Assembly (NCBI GenBank): GCA_051313645.2
Contig: JBNRSN020000003.1
Location: 114,018,001 to 114,082,000, forward strand
Direction of reading: 5' to 3'
Source of the DNA: Centroscyllium fabricii
Taxonomy: Eukaryota
Length of the DNA: 64,000 nt
This document shows, one piece after another, positions 22,190 through 34,012 of the stretch. The notes beneath the pieces were generated by a model, which saw only the letters and a list, made by a program, of their open reading frames with translations, was not told where the DNA came from and searched no databases. Every line of letters begins with the position of its first letter. Position 1 is the first letter of the stretch. The translations under genes and the position numbers were made by a program.

Positions 22190-23305
22190 GCACAGTACCT
22201 CCAACCAATGCTATACACCAGATACATCGACGACATTTTCCTCCTGTGGACCCACGGTGAAGAATCACTGAAAAGACTACACGATAACATAAACAAGTTC
22301 CATCCCACCATCAAACTCACCATGGATTACTCCTCAGAATTGGTTTCATTCTTGGACACACGAATCTCCATCAAAAACGGACGCCTCAGCACTTCCCTCT
22401 ACCGCAAACCCACGGACAACCTCAGGATGCTCCACTACTCCAGCTTCCACCCGAACCACGTTAAAGAAGCCATCCCCTATGGACAAGCCCTGCGAATACA
22501 CAGGATCTGCTCAGATGAGGAGGAACGCGACGGACACCTACAGACACTGAAAGACGCCCTCGTAAGAACGGGGTATGACACTCGACTCATCGATCAACAG
22601 TTCCAACGGGCCACAACGAAAAATCGCATAGACCTCCTCAGAAGACAACCACGGGACACAACCAACAGAGTACCCTTTGTCGTCCAGTACTTCCCCGGAG
22701 CGGAGAAACTACGCCATGTTCTTCGCAGCCTTCAGCATGTCATTGATGATGATGAACACCTCACTAAGGCCATCCCCGCGCCTCCACTACTCGCCTTCAA
22801 ACAGCCGCCTAACCTCAAACAGACTATCGTTCACAGCAAATTACCCAGCCTTCAGGAGAACAGCAACCACGACACCACACAACCCTGCCACAGCAACCTC
22901 TGCAAAACGTGCCAAATCATCAGCACAGATACCATCATCACACGTGAGGACACAACACACCAGGTACATGGTACATACTCATGTAACTCGACCAATGTTG
23001 TCTACCTCATACGTTGCAGGAAAGGATGCCCCGGGGCATGGTACATCGGCGAGACCATGCAGACACTACGACAACGGATGAACGGGCACCGCGCAACAAT
23101 CGCCAGGCAGGAGTGTTCCCTCCCAGTCGGGGAACATTTCAGTGGTCAAGGACATTCAGCTTCCGATCTTCGGGTGAGCATTCTCCAGGGTGGCCTTCGA
23201 GATACACGACAACGCAAAATCATCGAGCAGAGGCTGATAGCCAAGTTCTGCACCCATGAGCACGGCCTCAACCGTGATATTGGGTTTATGTCACGCTACA
23301 TGTGA
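22190..23305 (+). pseudogene. 5'-truncated Penelope-like ORF: RT C-terminus plus GIY-YIG endonuclease
   Basis: YTRYIDDIF, VSFLD, LYRKPTD, CHSNLCKTC, NVVYLIRC..WYIGET..LRQRMNGH and GLN motifs. Confidence 0.92.
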
Positions 23306-23401
23306 CCCCGCCTGACGTAGAGTCATCCAGACTCGAACCATCTTTGGCTTGTTCTGCGATTTTAAGTAAGAAAAATCCTGGTTTTAAAAAAATCATGATG
23401 T

Positions 23402-23800
23402 GGGCAGCACGGTGGCACAGTGGTTAGTACTGTTGTCTCACAGCACTGGAGACCCGGGTTCAAATCCAGCCTCGGGTACTATCTGTGTGGAGTTTGCACA
23501 TTCTCCCCGTGTCTGCGTGGGTTTCCTCCAGGTGCTCCGGTTTCCTCCCACAGTCCAAAGATGTGCGGGTTAGGTTGATTGGCCAGGATAAATTGACCCT
23601 TAGTGTTAGGGGGATTGAATAGGTGGGGTTACGGGGATAGGGTGGGATGCAGGCTCGATAGGGATCGAGGGATGTGGGGAGAGGGCAGGGGCGGGGTGCT
23701 GGGTTTGGATGATCAGCCATGATCTCATTGAATGGCAGAGCAGGCTCGAAGGGCCGAATGGCCTACTCCTGCTCCTAGTTTCTATGTTTCTATGTTTCTA
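23402..23800 (+). mobile_element. HE1-type V-SINE with a CR1-derived tail
   Basis: Homologous to 12538-12863; tail GGCCGAATGGCCTACTCCTGCTCC..(TTTCTATG)n matches the CR1 3' end at 13262-13350. Confidence 0.9.
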
Positions 23801-24065
23801 AAGCAGACTAATATTTGACCCTTTGTGACTGCAACCTTTGATATGTTGGAAAACCTTTGGCTGCTTTGATGTCCCTCAGCTGAGGTGTGATGTGAAACAA
23901 CTGGAGAGACCACATGGTTATCTCTCTCTATATATGCTATGTTTAAATGAAACACTTAAAATATGTTAATAAGCCTTTGTGTGTCTAGCTCTACTGAGGT
24001 GAGATGTGGGGGATATCAGATTTCTCTCTTCATCACACATGTGCATTCTTTAAGTCAGTCTCTCT

Positions 24066-24105
24066 TTCATCTGACGAAGGGGCAGAAGCTCCGAAAGCTT
24101 GTGAT
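24066..24105 (+). ncRNA. Minimal type I hammerhead ribozyme in a Penelope pseudo-LTR
   Basis: TCAT-CTGACGA-A-GGGGC-AGAA-GCTCC-GAAA-GC-TT-GTGA: intact CUGANGA and GAAA core, stem II, palindromic stem III (AGCT) and short stem I. Confidence 0.7.
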
Positions 24106-24939
24106 TTAAAATAAAACTGTTGGACTATAATCTGGTGTTGTGTGACTTCTTTGTACACTCCAGTCCAACACCGGCACCTCCACATTATTGAAAAAGTGTA
24201 ACAGCCCCACTGACACCTGGGAAACCCTGGCCCAGGACCACACAAAGTGGAGGAGAAGCATCCAGGAAGGCGCTGAACACCTCGAGTCTCTTTGCCGGGG
24301 GCAAGCGGAAGCCAAGCACAGGCAGCGCAAGGAGCGCACGTCAACCCAAGCACCCCACGCACCTGCCCCTTCAACCGCTGTCTGCCCCACCTGTGACAGA
24401 GACTGTAGGTCCTGCATTGGACTCATCAGCCACCTGCAAACTCATATTTAATGTGGAAGCAAGTCATCCTCGGTTCCGAGGGACTGCCTAAGAAGAAGAA
24501 GAAGGACACAGTATAATGCAGCTCCACTAATTAAGCACAGTAATTAGTAGTACTTAACTGTTAACACAAAGCATTCACACACGAGTGTTATAAGATTACC
24601 ATGTGTTACTATGTGTTAATGTGAGGAACACACTGATGTGGCCTGTTGACCTAAAGGCACCAACAGGCCCAAGAATTTCTTGCCATTCATCTGCTGGGAT
24701 GTTAGTCAAGAATGATCCAGCTGACAAACAGAGATAAGTATCAAATCCTGTTAAACCAAACCAGTCCCAGCTAAAACACCTGGCTCACTGAGGTCAAGCA
24801 ATTTTACAAACTGTGTAAATATGGCCCGCTAAAGGCAGCTGACATCAGCAAAGGTTTGTTAAGGTGTTTTGCTGCTGGACAACTCATGGTTCTGGTATGA
24901 AGTGTGAGGTGGATGGAAGCTGAGGCTAAATCTTGAGAT

Positions 24940-25386
24940 ATAAAAAGAAAGAACTTGCCTTTCATGACCTCAGAATATCCCAAATTGCTTTCCAGCCAAT
25001 GAAGTACTTTGTGAAATTTAGTCACAAGTGAAACACGGCAGGCAATTTGCGCATAACAAGATCCCACAAATAGCAATGAGATAATGACCAGAGAATCTGT
25101 TTTAGTGATGTTGGTTGAGGGATAAATATTGGCCAGGACACCAGGGAGAAATCCCCTGCTCTTCTTAGAATAGTTCCATGGGATCTTTTACGTCCACCTG
25201 TGAGGGCAGACAGGCCCTCAGTTTAACGTCTCATCTGAAAGATGGTACTTCTGACAGTGCTGCACTCCCTCAGTGCTGCACTGAAGTGTCAGCCTGGATT
25301 CTGTGCTCATGTTTCTGGAGCGGGGCTTGAGCACACAACCTTCTGACTTAGAGGCACGAGTGCTACCACTGAGCCAAAACTGACAA
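24940..25386 (-). mobile_element. SacSINE1-like DeuSINE
   Basis: Colinear with the split copy at 12208-12995. Confidence 0.75.
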
Positions 25387-25758
25387 CTTAGTGCAGAAAC
25401 ATCAAACCCTGATACTGGGGTAAAACCTTTGTGATATTTGATGGGGGTGAGACAGCTTGTTATTATTAGGGATAGAGAAGGTAACATTCTTCTTTCAATT
25501 AAAAACAGGCTTGCTTTTCCCCTCAATTAATGTTTGACTCATAAAATTGTATTTGCAGAAGTTGCTGGGTCCAAAACTGTGTAATCCCATGATTCCATTG
25601 GTGGATTGTTCATTACAGAATTTTAAACAAAAATTGCTTTTTTTTAACAAGAGGAGTTTCAGGACATAGAACCATGCAAGTCATATTTCTATGGGTGCCA
25701 GCCAGCATTCAATACCTCAAAAAAGTGGTTATTCTTAATTTGTGAAACTAGACAACAA

Positions 25759-26592
25759 GGGGGGAATTTTCATGTCCCTGTGAGGCGGGGTTTTCGGCGG
25801 CCGGGTCTGCAAAATAGCGGAACCGGCGGGTCCCGCCCCTCCCCGCTGGATCCCCGCCGCTTTTTCATTTTCCCGCCCCCAGATTCCCCGCCCCGAAACC
25901 TTCCCGCCGCCGACCAGCGGGGATGGGTTGTCACCTCGTTAAGGGCCCTTAATTGGCATTTTTAATGCCATTTTAAAGGCCCTCAGCCATTTTGCGCTGT
26001 TTTCCGCCCTAACCCCGTCACCTTAAACCCCGCTGGGTGAAACCCAGCGGGAGCACAGCGCTGCTTATAACTTTTGGACTATAACCTGCTGTTGTGTGAG
26101 TTCCTGAATTTATTACTTTCTCCTTTAAGGTCTGAAGGACATGCTGCCAAATGCTTGGCATGCCTCCAGCACCTTAGAGGAGTAAGTACCTCCGTTCTGC
26201 CTTCAATATCAGCTGAAACCAGAAACTGAGAAATCTCAGTTCTCACAATGGCCTCTCAGCTGCTGCGAGCTGTGAGCGATTCGGAGCCTGCCCGCCCACC
26301 TGTCAGTCACCAGCACTTGGCCTTTCCCATTGGCTCCACTCCACTGTGATGTCACAGTGGAGTGTTGCCATGGGAACTGACAACAACCAGTGCTGGAACC
26401 GTGAATCAAAGTGCTCCAGCTCCGTTGCAGCCCGACCCGATTCACCTAATTACCTGCCGCTGCCGCCGACGGGGATTTAACGACCTCATTAATCTAAAAT
26501 TGCGTGGCCTTCCCAGCTGGTTGGGCGGGCGGGACCGGAAGCTGCCCCGACCAATCCCCGCCAGGTTCCCGCCCTTCCGGAAAATTCCCCCC
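25759..26592. mobile_element. PIF/Harbinger-type MITE
   Basis: Perfect 12-bp TIRs GGGGGGAATTTT / AAAATTCCCCCC and TSD CAA. Confidence 0.82.
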
Positions 26593-28849
26593 CAAGTGTT
26601 GGGAGGCCATTGGATCACGAGGGGCATCATAGAGAACTGAGCCTGCTCTCACCTGATGTCCACACATGCATCTTTTGACAGGATATTTTGATGAGCAGTG
26701 GGAACCTGACTCATCTTCACTAGTCTAGAGGTTCTGCGATGAATTGTACCATCCCCTTGCCATCTCTGCTGAGATCAACTAATTAAGTATAACATATTAT
26801 CTATGGTAATCTATGGCTTTGACATTAAACTGTGATAAACTAGTGCATGAACGCTTAACATCTAAAATTCATCCCAGCACTATTTTAGTTAATGTGTTAA
26901 CTCATTTATTTTAAGCAGATTAACGGCTCTGTTAAAATGGTGGAGGGAGCAATTTCGGATGAATACGTTAAGTGTCCATACACCAATGCCCCACAGCTTA
27001 ATTTCAGGGGCTGTAAAGAATCTCTTAGTATATCTGAACAAAGAAAACACAAGATCAGCATTCAGAAAATGAAAGAGAAGGAACCAGTCAGTTAAAGTTT
27101 AGCATTGTTTTTCAAAGGCATTAAGAATTGACCTATGACCCTTCAGTGAGATGTATTGTTTTAAATGTTTAGATTCTTGTCTAAGCTTTATATCCACCAT
27201 AACGCGTTAACTGAAATGTTATTGGGCCACCTCAGAGAATTTATTGTTAATTTTTAATATGAATAACCATTCTTATATTAACCAAAAGTATGCAGAGTGG
27301 TGCATTTAATACATTTGTTTCTTTGAATCATTAGGAAAAAAAACCTAGCCACTCCAGGGAGATTATTAAATTACAGCTGGATACTTTTAATTAAAATAAA
27401 TAATTACGTCTAAAAAATATCTCGGTAGAGAGAAAAAAAATCAGCCTCTATCTTTTAGTTTGAGGGCCTGGCACAGTAGTGATATGTGATAGTTGGCCGT
27501 TGTTTGCAGTGTCCCCTAGATGACTCTGGCACTGTAGCTATATGGATTCTTCAGTGTCAGGCTACATTGCTGCTGCTGGCTTAGGGAGAGGAAGTGGGTA
27601 ATAAAACAAAAATCCAAGCTGCTCACTAGAGCCAGTGACTCTGGAGTTGAGTTAATTGCCTCAAAATGGGAAAGAATTTAAGCAAATTTTTTTTCATTTA
27701 ATTTGAACTTGTAAAGTTGCCAGTTCTCCTATTTTATATGTGGGGCAGTAACAGTGGTTTTTGTTCTAGTTTCTTTTACTGATAAGGTTTTAACCACCTT
27801 CTGGAATGGGACTGTTTGAATTATGAAAGCTTCTTGTGGTTAAATGCTAGTTACCATTGAACTAGTTATCATGTGAGAGCGTCAAGCTACAGTCCCGGCA
27901 GACTCCTGACTCATTAGCCTGGTTTCCATGATTCAGTGAGTGGATGAATGCACTTCACATCATGTTCAGCCTCATTTACCAATCTGGCGAAGACTTGGAC
28001 TCAGCAGCACACGTTACTGCTGGGAAGCTGCTGACACACTTTGGCCCAAGGACGGTTAAGATTGGGGCTTCAGAAACTTAGCGGTAGATCCAATCACCCA
28101 GATGCAGTGTCGTCTGTGCCATGCCCTGATTATCACACTGACATGTTCTATTGTCTGGAAATAAAATGGTGTAGATTGTAGTTGAACTCCTGCATCGCTC
28201 CAGGCCTTTAACATAAAAGTGACATTGACTTATAAAAAACCTATGGCTGAAGAAACAGATCTGTCATGTCTCACGTATTTGAAGTGAGACTCAGTTGTGG
28301 TAACTTTAATTTTGGATGGTAGTGTAAAACAGGCTCTATTGGATTGGTAGACCGTTAAACACCTCATATTTTCTATGAAATGAAAGTCAGGAGATTGTAT
28401 ATCATCCGTTTTATGCTATCACCAAAAGTTAAAATGACTCCCAGACTTTGATTTAATAATGTAACCTGATTGATCAACCTGCAGAGAAGGTGAGTGTGGT
28501 AGTGTGGGAGAGAGTATTTTGTGTGTGTAGGTTTATTTTTAAGAAGCTCGAAAATTTAGAAAATCTGCTGATGGATCATACCAAAAACGTATCCATCTAA
28601 TTAAGTATCTATCTCCCTTACAAAATAGTGAAAATAGGCTCACCCACCAACCCACCCAATCTTAGATCTTGACATGGGGCGAAGGTTGCCAGAGAGGAAA
28701 CATTTCTGTTCTATCCATCTATTAAACCCACTCACCACTTCCATATGAGAGTTGGAATGTTTTTATTTGAGTGCAGTTCGTAACTGAACTCGCAGCTAAA
28801 CCATACATTGTGCTTCTGAGAACGAAAAAGAATTTAACCCTTTGAATAC

Positions 28850-29108
28850 TAGAGCTCCTGAAATACAACATGCTGCACAACATTCACCTCCACAACTATC
28901 AGTAAAATGATGGTATTGAATGCCACACTCCCAAGACTTTAATACAACTTCCACATCTGGGGAAGCTCTTCCAACACCTCTGTCACACTTCTGGACAGGG
29001 TACAAGAAAAAGCTTATTGCCTGATTTCTCAATTGTCATCTATCATTCTGTCTCTCTGTTGTAGCCTTCATCTGTCTTTATTTTATCTGCTCCTCTGAAT
29101 ATTACTTG
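28850..29108 (+). mobile_element. Ancient, degenerate LINE RT C-terminal fragment; continues at about 38485-38720 after element D
   Basis: Translates in part to HIWGSSSNTSVTLLDRVQEKAYCLI; after D, NSSVFPFSYNSQTFKTQ resembles the WNxLP..FK end of LINE ORF2 proteins. Confidence 0.45.
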
Positions 29109-29459
29109 TGACGTATCGTCAATAGTCTAATAAAACTAAGACGCGTAGTTACCTCTACTAAAGGCTTTTATTAGCTTACAATGGAGCTATGCTCCGATCG
29201 AACATCAGGTACAGAATGAATGGGGGCCGGTCAGTCCCCACCTATAAGGCACTCACCTGAGGGGAGGAGTTAGAGGTGTGGCTGACCTGGCCCCGCGACA
29301 GTGTCGCAATACAGGACAGTTGCATCATGCAGCCGACCGCTATACATACATATAATATCAGCGACAATATTATGGTGGTAATAACAGTATATACAACGGT
29401 TACCACATTCACCCCTTCTTTGAAAATCAAGTCCGGCGGGGTGAATGGACAGAGCAGTT

Positions 29460-32400
29460 CATGATTAGCTTGTCCGGCGGTCGCGTCCGTCTGGAGGACC
29501 ACCGGGTCTCTGTCGAATGTTCTGGTTCCTGCAGCATCGGCGGTGCTGGGGCCGGTGGTGGTGACGACGGCGCTGGTGCCGGTACTGTAGGTGCTGGTGG
29601 TGGCGGTGGGTCCGAGCACTGCGGTTGCTGCTGTGCCTGCAGCTGGTCATCCGAGTCTTGGTCCTCAGCTGGCCATGGCGGGGGCTCCGAACCATGCGGT
29701 AGTGGCGGCCAGCCTCCGGTGGGTTGTGGGTCGTGTATCGGCGAGTGATCGATATGTAGTGGCTGGAGGTGGCCGAAATATAGTGGCTGGGCGGGCTGCT
29801 GCCCGACCAGGGGCTCTGCTGTGGTGCTCCCGGCGGGCGCTAGGTCCTTGATGGAGACGGTGTCCTCGCGCCCGTCCAGGAACTGTAAATACGCGTACTG
29901 CGGGTTGGCATGCAGCAGCTGCACCTTGTCTACCAGGGGGTCGGTCTTATGGCCGCGGACGTGCTTCCTAAGCAAGACCGGCCCCGGCATCGTGAGCCAC
30001 GGTGGAAGGGCTGTCCCCGAAGTCGACTTCCTGGGGAAGGAAAAAATTAAATCGTGAGGTGTGGCGTTGGTGGCCGTACACAACAGAGAGCGTATCGAGT
30101 GCAGCGCATCAGGGAGGACTGCCTGCCAACGGGACACTGGAAGGCCTCTGGACTTCAGGGCCAGGGTGACCGCCTTCCAGATGATCCCATTCTCCCTTTC
30201 TACCTGGCCGTTCCCCCGGGGGTTGTAACTGGTCATTCTGCTCGAGGCAACCCCTTTCTGGAGCAGAAACTGGCGCAGTTCGTCGCTCATGAACGACGCC
30301 CCCCCGGTCGCTATGGATGTAGCTGGGGAGACCGAAAATAGCGAACAGCGTGGTGAAGTGTTTGATCACCGTTGCGCTCGTCATATCTGGGCAGGGGAAG
30401 GCGAAGGGGAAGCGGGAGAACTCGTCTACGACCGTGAGGAAGTACGAGTTGCGGTCGGTGGTGGGGAGGGGGCCTTTGAAGTCCACGCTTAAACGTTCAA
30501 AGGGACGGGTGGCCTTAATGAGGTGCGCCGTGTCTGGCCTGAAAAATTGGGGTTTGCACTCGGCGCAAACAGGGCACTCTCGGGTCATAGCCTTGATCTC
30601 CGTGATGGAGTAGGGGAGGCTACGGGATTTTACGAAGTGGGCAAGTCTGGTGACACCCGGGTGGCAGAGGCGATCGTGGAGTTCCCTCAGCCGGTCTAGC
30701 TGGGCACTAGCGCACGTTCCCCTGAACAGTGCGTCCGGTGGTTCATTGAGTGTGCCTGGTCGGTAAAGAATGTCGTACTCGTAAGTCGAGAGCTCGATTC
30801 GCCACCGCAGGATCTTATCATTCTTGATTTTACCCTTTTGTTTATTGTTAAACATAAACGCGACCGACCGTTGGTCGGTGAGCAGGGTAAAACGCTTACC
30901 GGCCAGGTAATGACGCCAGTAGCGCGCGGCCTCCACGATGGCCTGGGCCTCCTTTTCCACTGCAGAGTGGAGAATTTCGGGTCCCTGTAAGGTGCGGGAG
31001 AAAAACGCTACGGGCCTGCCTGCCTGATTCAGGGTGGCGGCAAGGGCAAAGTCCGAAGCGTCACTCTCCACCTGAAAAGGGATGGATTCATCAACGGCGT
31101 GCATGGTCGCCTTGATAATATCTTCCTTGATCCGGGCGATCGCCGTGTGGGCTTCTACCGAGAGGGGGAAGACGGCAGCCTTGAGGAGCGATCTGGCCTT
31201 ATCCGCGAACTGGGGAACCCATTGCGCGTAATAAGAAAAAAATCCCAGACATCTCTTCAGGGCTTTGGGGTTGTGAGGAAGGGGCAGTTCCTGTAAGGGG
31301 CGCATACGCTGTGGGTCGGGGCCGAGGACCCCGTTTTCCACCACGTATCCGAGGATGGCGAGCCGATCCGTACTAAAGACACACTTGTCTTTGTTGTATG
31401 TGAGATATAGCCGTTTCGCCGTGTCGAGGAATTTGGCCAGATTGGCATCGTGGTCCTGCTGGTCATGGCCGCAGATGGTCACGTTGTCCAGGTAGGGGAA
31501 GGTGGCCTGCAACCCGTTCTGGTCAACCATGCGGTCCATCTCCCTTTGGAACACCGACACTCCGTTGGTCACGCCGAAGGGGACCCGGAGGAACTGGTAG
31601 AGCCGACCGTTCGCCTCGAAGGCGGTGTACGGGCGGTCGGCTTTCCGAATCGGGAGTTGGTGATACGCCGACTTAAGGTCGATTGTGGAGGACACCTTAT
31701 ATTGGGAGATCTGGTTAACCATTTCTGAGATGCGGAGGAGGGGGTAGGCATCGAGCCCGGTGTAGCGGTTAATGGTCTGGCTGTAATCGATAACCATCCG
31801 ATGTTTCTCGCCAGTCTTAACCACTACAACCTGGGCCCGCCAGGGGCTGGTGCTGGCTTCAATTATCCCCTCCTTTAGCATACGCCTGACCTCCGACCTG
31901 ATAAACGTCCGATCCCCTGCACTGTAACGCTGACTCTTAGTAGCAATGGGCTTGCAGTTGGGGTCGAGGTTGGCGAACAGTGAGGGGGGTCGACTTTCAG
32001 GGTAGAGAGACCGCAGGCCGGGCTCCGCTTTGGGAAGAGATTGTCCTGGCTACTGACGGTGAGGGGGGGCAGGGTCCCGCCGAACTCCATTGTCAAGCTC
32101 TTAAGGTGGCACTGGAAATCCAGTCCCAGTAAGACTGGGGAGCACAACTGTTTCAGAATGTACAATTTAAAATTACGGTACACGCAGCCCTTAACTGTGA
32201 GCGTGACGGAGCAGTAGCCGGTGACGTCCGCGGTGTGGGACTGTGAAGCAAGGGAGACCTGGTAGCGCGTGGGCCGGATCTGCAGTCCATAGCGCTGTGC
32301 TGTATCGGGGTGAATGAAGCTCTCTGTGCTTCCGGTGTCGAACAGGCAGTTCGTGGCATGGCCGTTGACTTTAATCCCCATCATGGAATTTGATAGGGTG

Positions 32401-33704
32401 TGCGGCCTAGCCTGATCGACTTTCGGGATGGCTGAGGCCGAAGTGTGTGAGTGTGTGTGTGAGCCCTCCGCTGCTCGGGGCCGTGCACAAGATGGCGGCG
32501 CCCGTGGTTCGCACATGGCCGGCCTCTGGGGACAAAATGGCGCCGCCGGAGAGTCGCACATGGCTGGTCGCTGAAGACAAGATGGCGGCGCCGGGGGTTC
32601 GCACATGGCGGGCCGCTGCGGACAAGATGGCGGCGCCCATGGTTCGCACGCGGCAGGCCGCTGTAGACACGGTGGCGGTGCCCGTGGTTCGCACGCAGCG
32701 GGCCGCGGTGGCTGGGTTGGCGGTGCCCGTGATTCGCACGCAGCGAGCCGCGCTGGGCGGGATGCCGGCATTGGGGGGTCGCGCATGGCCGGCCGTGGCT
32801 GAGTTTGGCGTGCCGTGGGTGCAGCCGGCCTCTGCCGCCTCAGGGTGGGAGACGGGGGCGCTTGTACTCTACCCCCGAACCGTCGCTGGGTCGCGCTGCA
32901 GTTGCAGCTTACCTGAGAGCTTTCGCAGGCCGCGCTGTTGTACCTGGAGCTGGACGCCGGGGCTGATCTGCAGGCCTTGGCGTAGTGTCCTTTCTTTGAG
33001 CACCTCTCGCAGGTCGCGGTCTTCGCTGGGCATGTCGCCCGTGGGTGTAGTCCCTGGCCGCAGAAGTAGCATTTCTTCTCCGCCGGCGTCTTCGCAGCTG
33101 CCGCTGCTATTGTGGGTGTCTCGACCCGTTGTGGGGATGCCCATGCGTCGTAGGCCTGTTGGTTTGGGCCGCCGTACCCCTGCAGCTTGCGGCGTGCGCC
33201 CTCCACGGCGTTGGCGATAGAGATCGCGTCCTCCAGAGTTAGAGTGTCTTTTTCCAGCAGCCGCTGGCGGGCCTCTGCAGACCTGAGTCCCGTTACATAG
33301 GCGTCCCGGATGAGGAGGTTCGCCTCCTCTTCTGCCGTCCGTGGTTGGCAGCCACAGACCCGGATAAGGGCTTGGAGCGCCTGCTCGAACTGCTCGTTTG
33401 ACTCACTCGGTAGTTGTGGTCTGGTCGCGAGCACATGTCTGGCGTAGACTGAGTGGACCGGGCGCTCGTAGCATTTCTTCAGTTTAGCCACCGCATCGGG
33501 GTACGTTTTGGCTTTACGGATGAAGGAGAATACCCGGCTGGAGATCCTGGATCGGAGAACCTGTAGCTTGTTCCCCTCGGTTGTAGCCTTGGCGGCGTCC
33601 ATGTAGGCCTCCAGGAGGCCGAACCAGTGTTCGAAGGTGTTGGCGGTGGCTGGGTCCTGTGGACTAATGTCCAGCTTTTCGGGTTTCACAGCGCCGCTCT
33701 CCAT
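29460..33704 (-). pseudogene. gag-pol: Element D gag-pol, broken by frameshifts near 31985 and 30300
   Basis: Three overlapping ORFs (31875..33704, 30109..31881, 29427..30290) colinear with the B polyprotein: double CCHC, LFDTGS, FPYLDNV, ESDASD, HSDRG, NGQVER. Confidence 0.9.
32470..32790 (-). repeat. 45-bp (15-aa) tandem repeat in the D gag-protease linker
   Basis: About 6-7 units of PAMCEPRAPPSCxQR; CAARATGGCG recurs at 32488, 32533, 32578 and 32623. Confidence 0.9.
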
Positions 33705-34012
33705 TTCAAATTTCTAAGCTAATAAAATTGACGTATTGTCAATAGTCTAATAAAACTAAGACGCGTAGTTACCTCTACTAAAGGCTTTTATTAGCTTACA
33801 ATGGAGCTACGCTCCGATCGAACATCAGGTACAGAATGAATGGGGGCCGGTCAGTCCCCACCTATAAGGCACTCACCTGAGGGGAGGAGTTAGAGGTGTG
33901 GCTGACCTGGCCCCGCGACAGTGTCGCAATACAGGACAGTTGCATCATGCACCCGACCGTTATACATACATATCATATCGGCGACAATATTATGGTGGTA
34001 ATAACAGTATAT

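Larger units (their letters stand above)
22013..24505 (+). mobile_element. 5'-inverted RTE LINE fragment with a Penelope element at the inversion junction
   Basis: TSD ACACAGTATA at 22003-22012 and 24506-24515; inverted RTE piece 22013-22120 and sense piece 24188-24505 with an (AAG)n tail; the two pieces are contiguous in the RTE copy at 39500-39660. Confidence 0.85.

Noticed and set aside
32470-32790. Regularly spaced repeats as a CRISPR-like array
   Set aside because: In-frame coding tandem repeat without unique spacers, in a eukaryotic retrotransposon.
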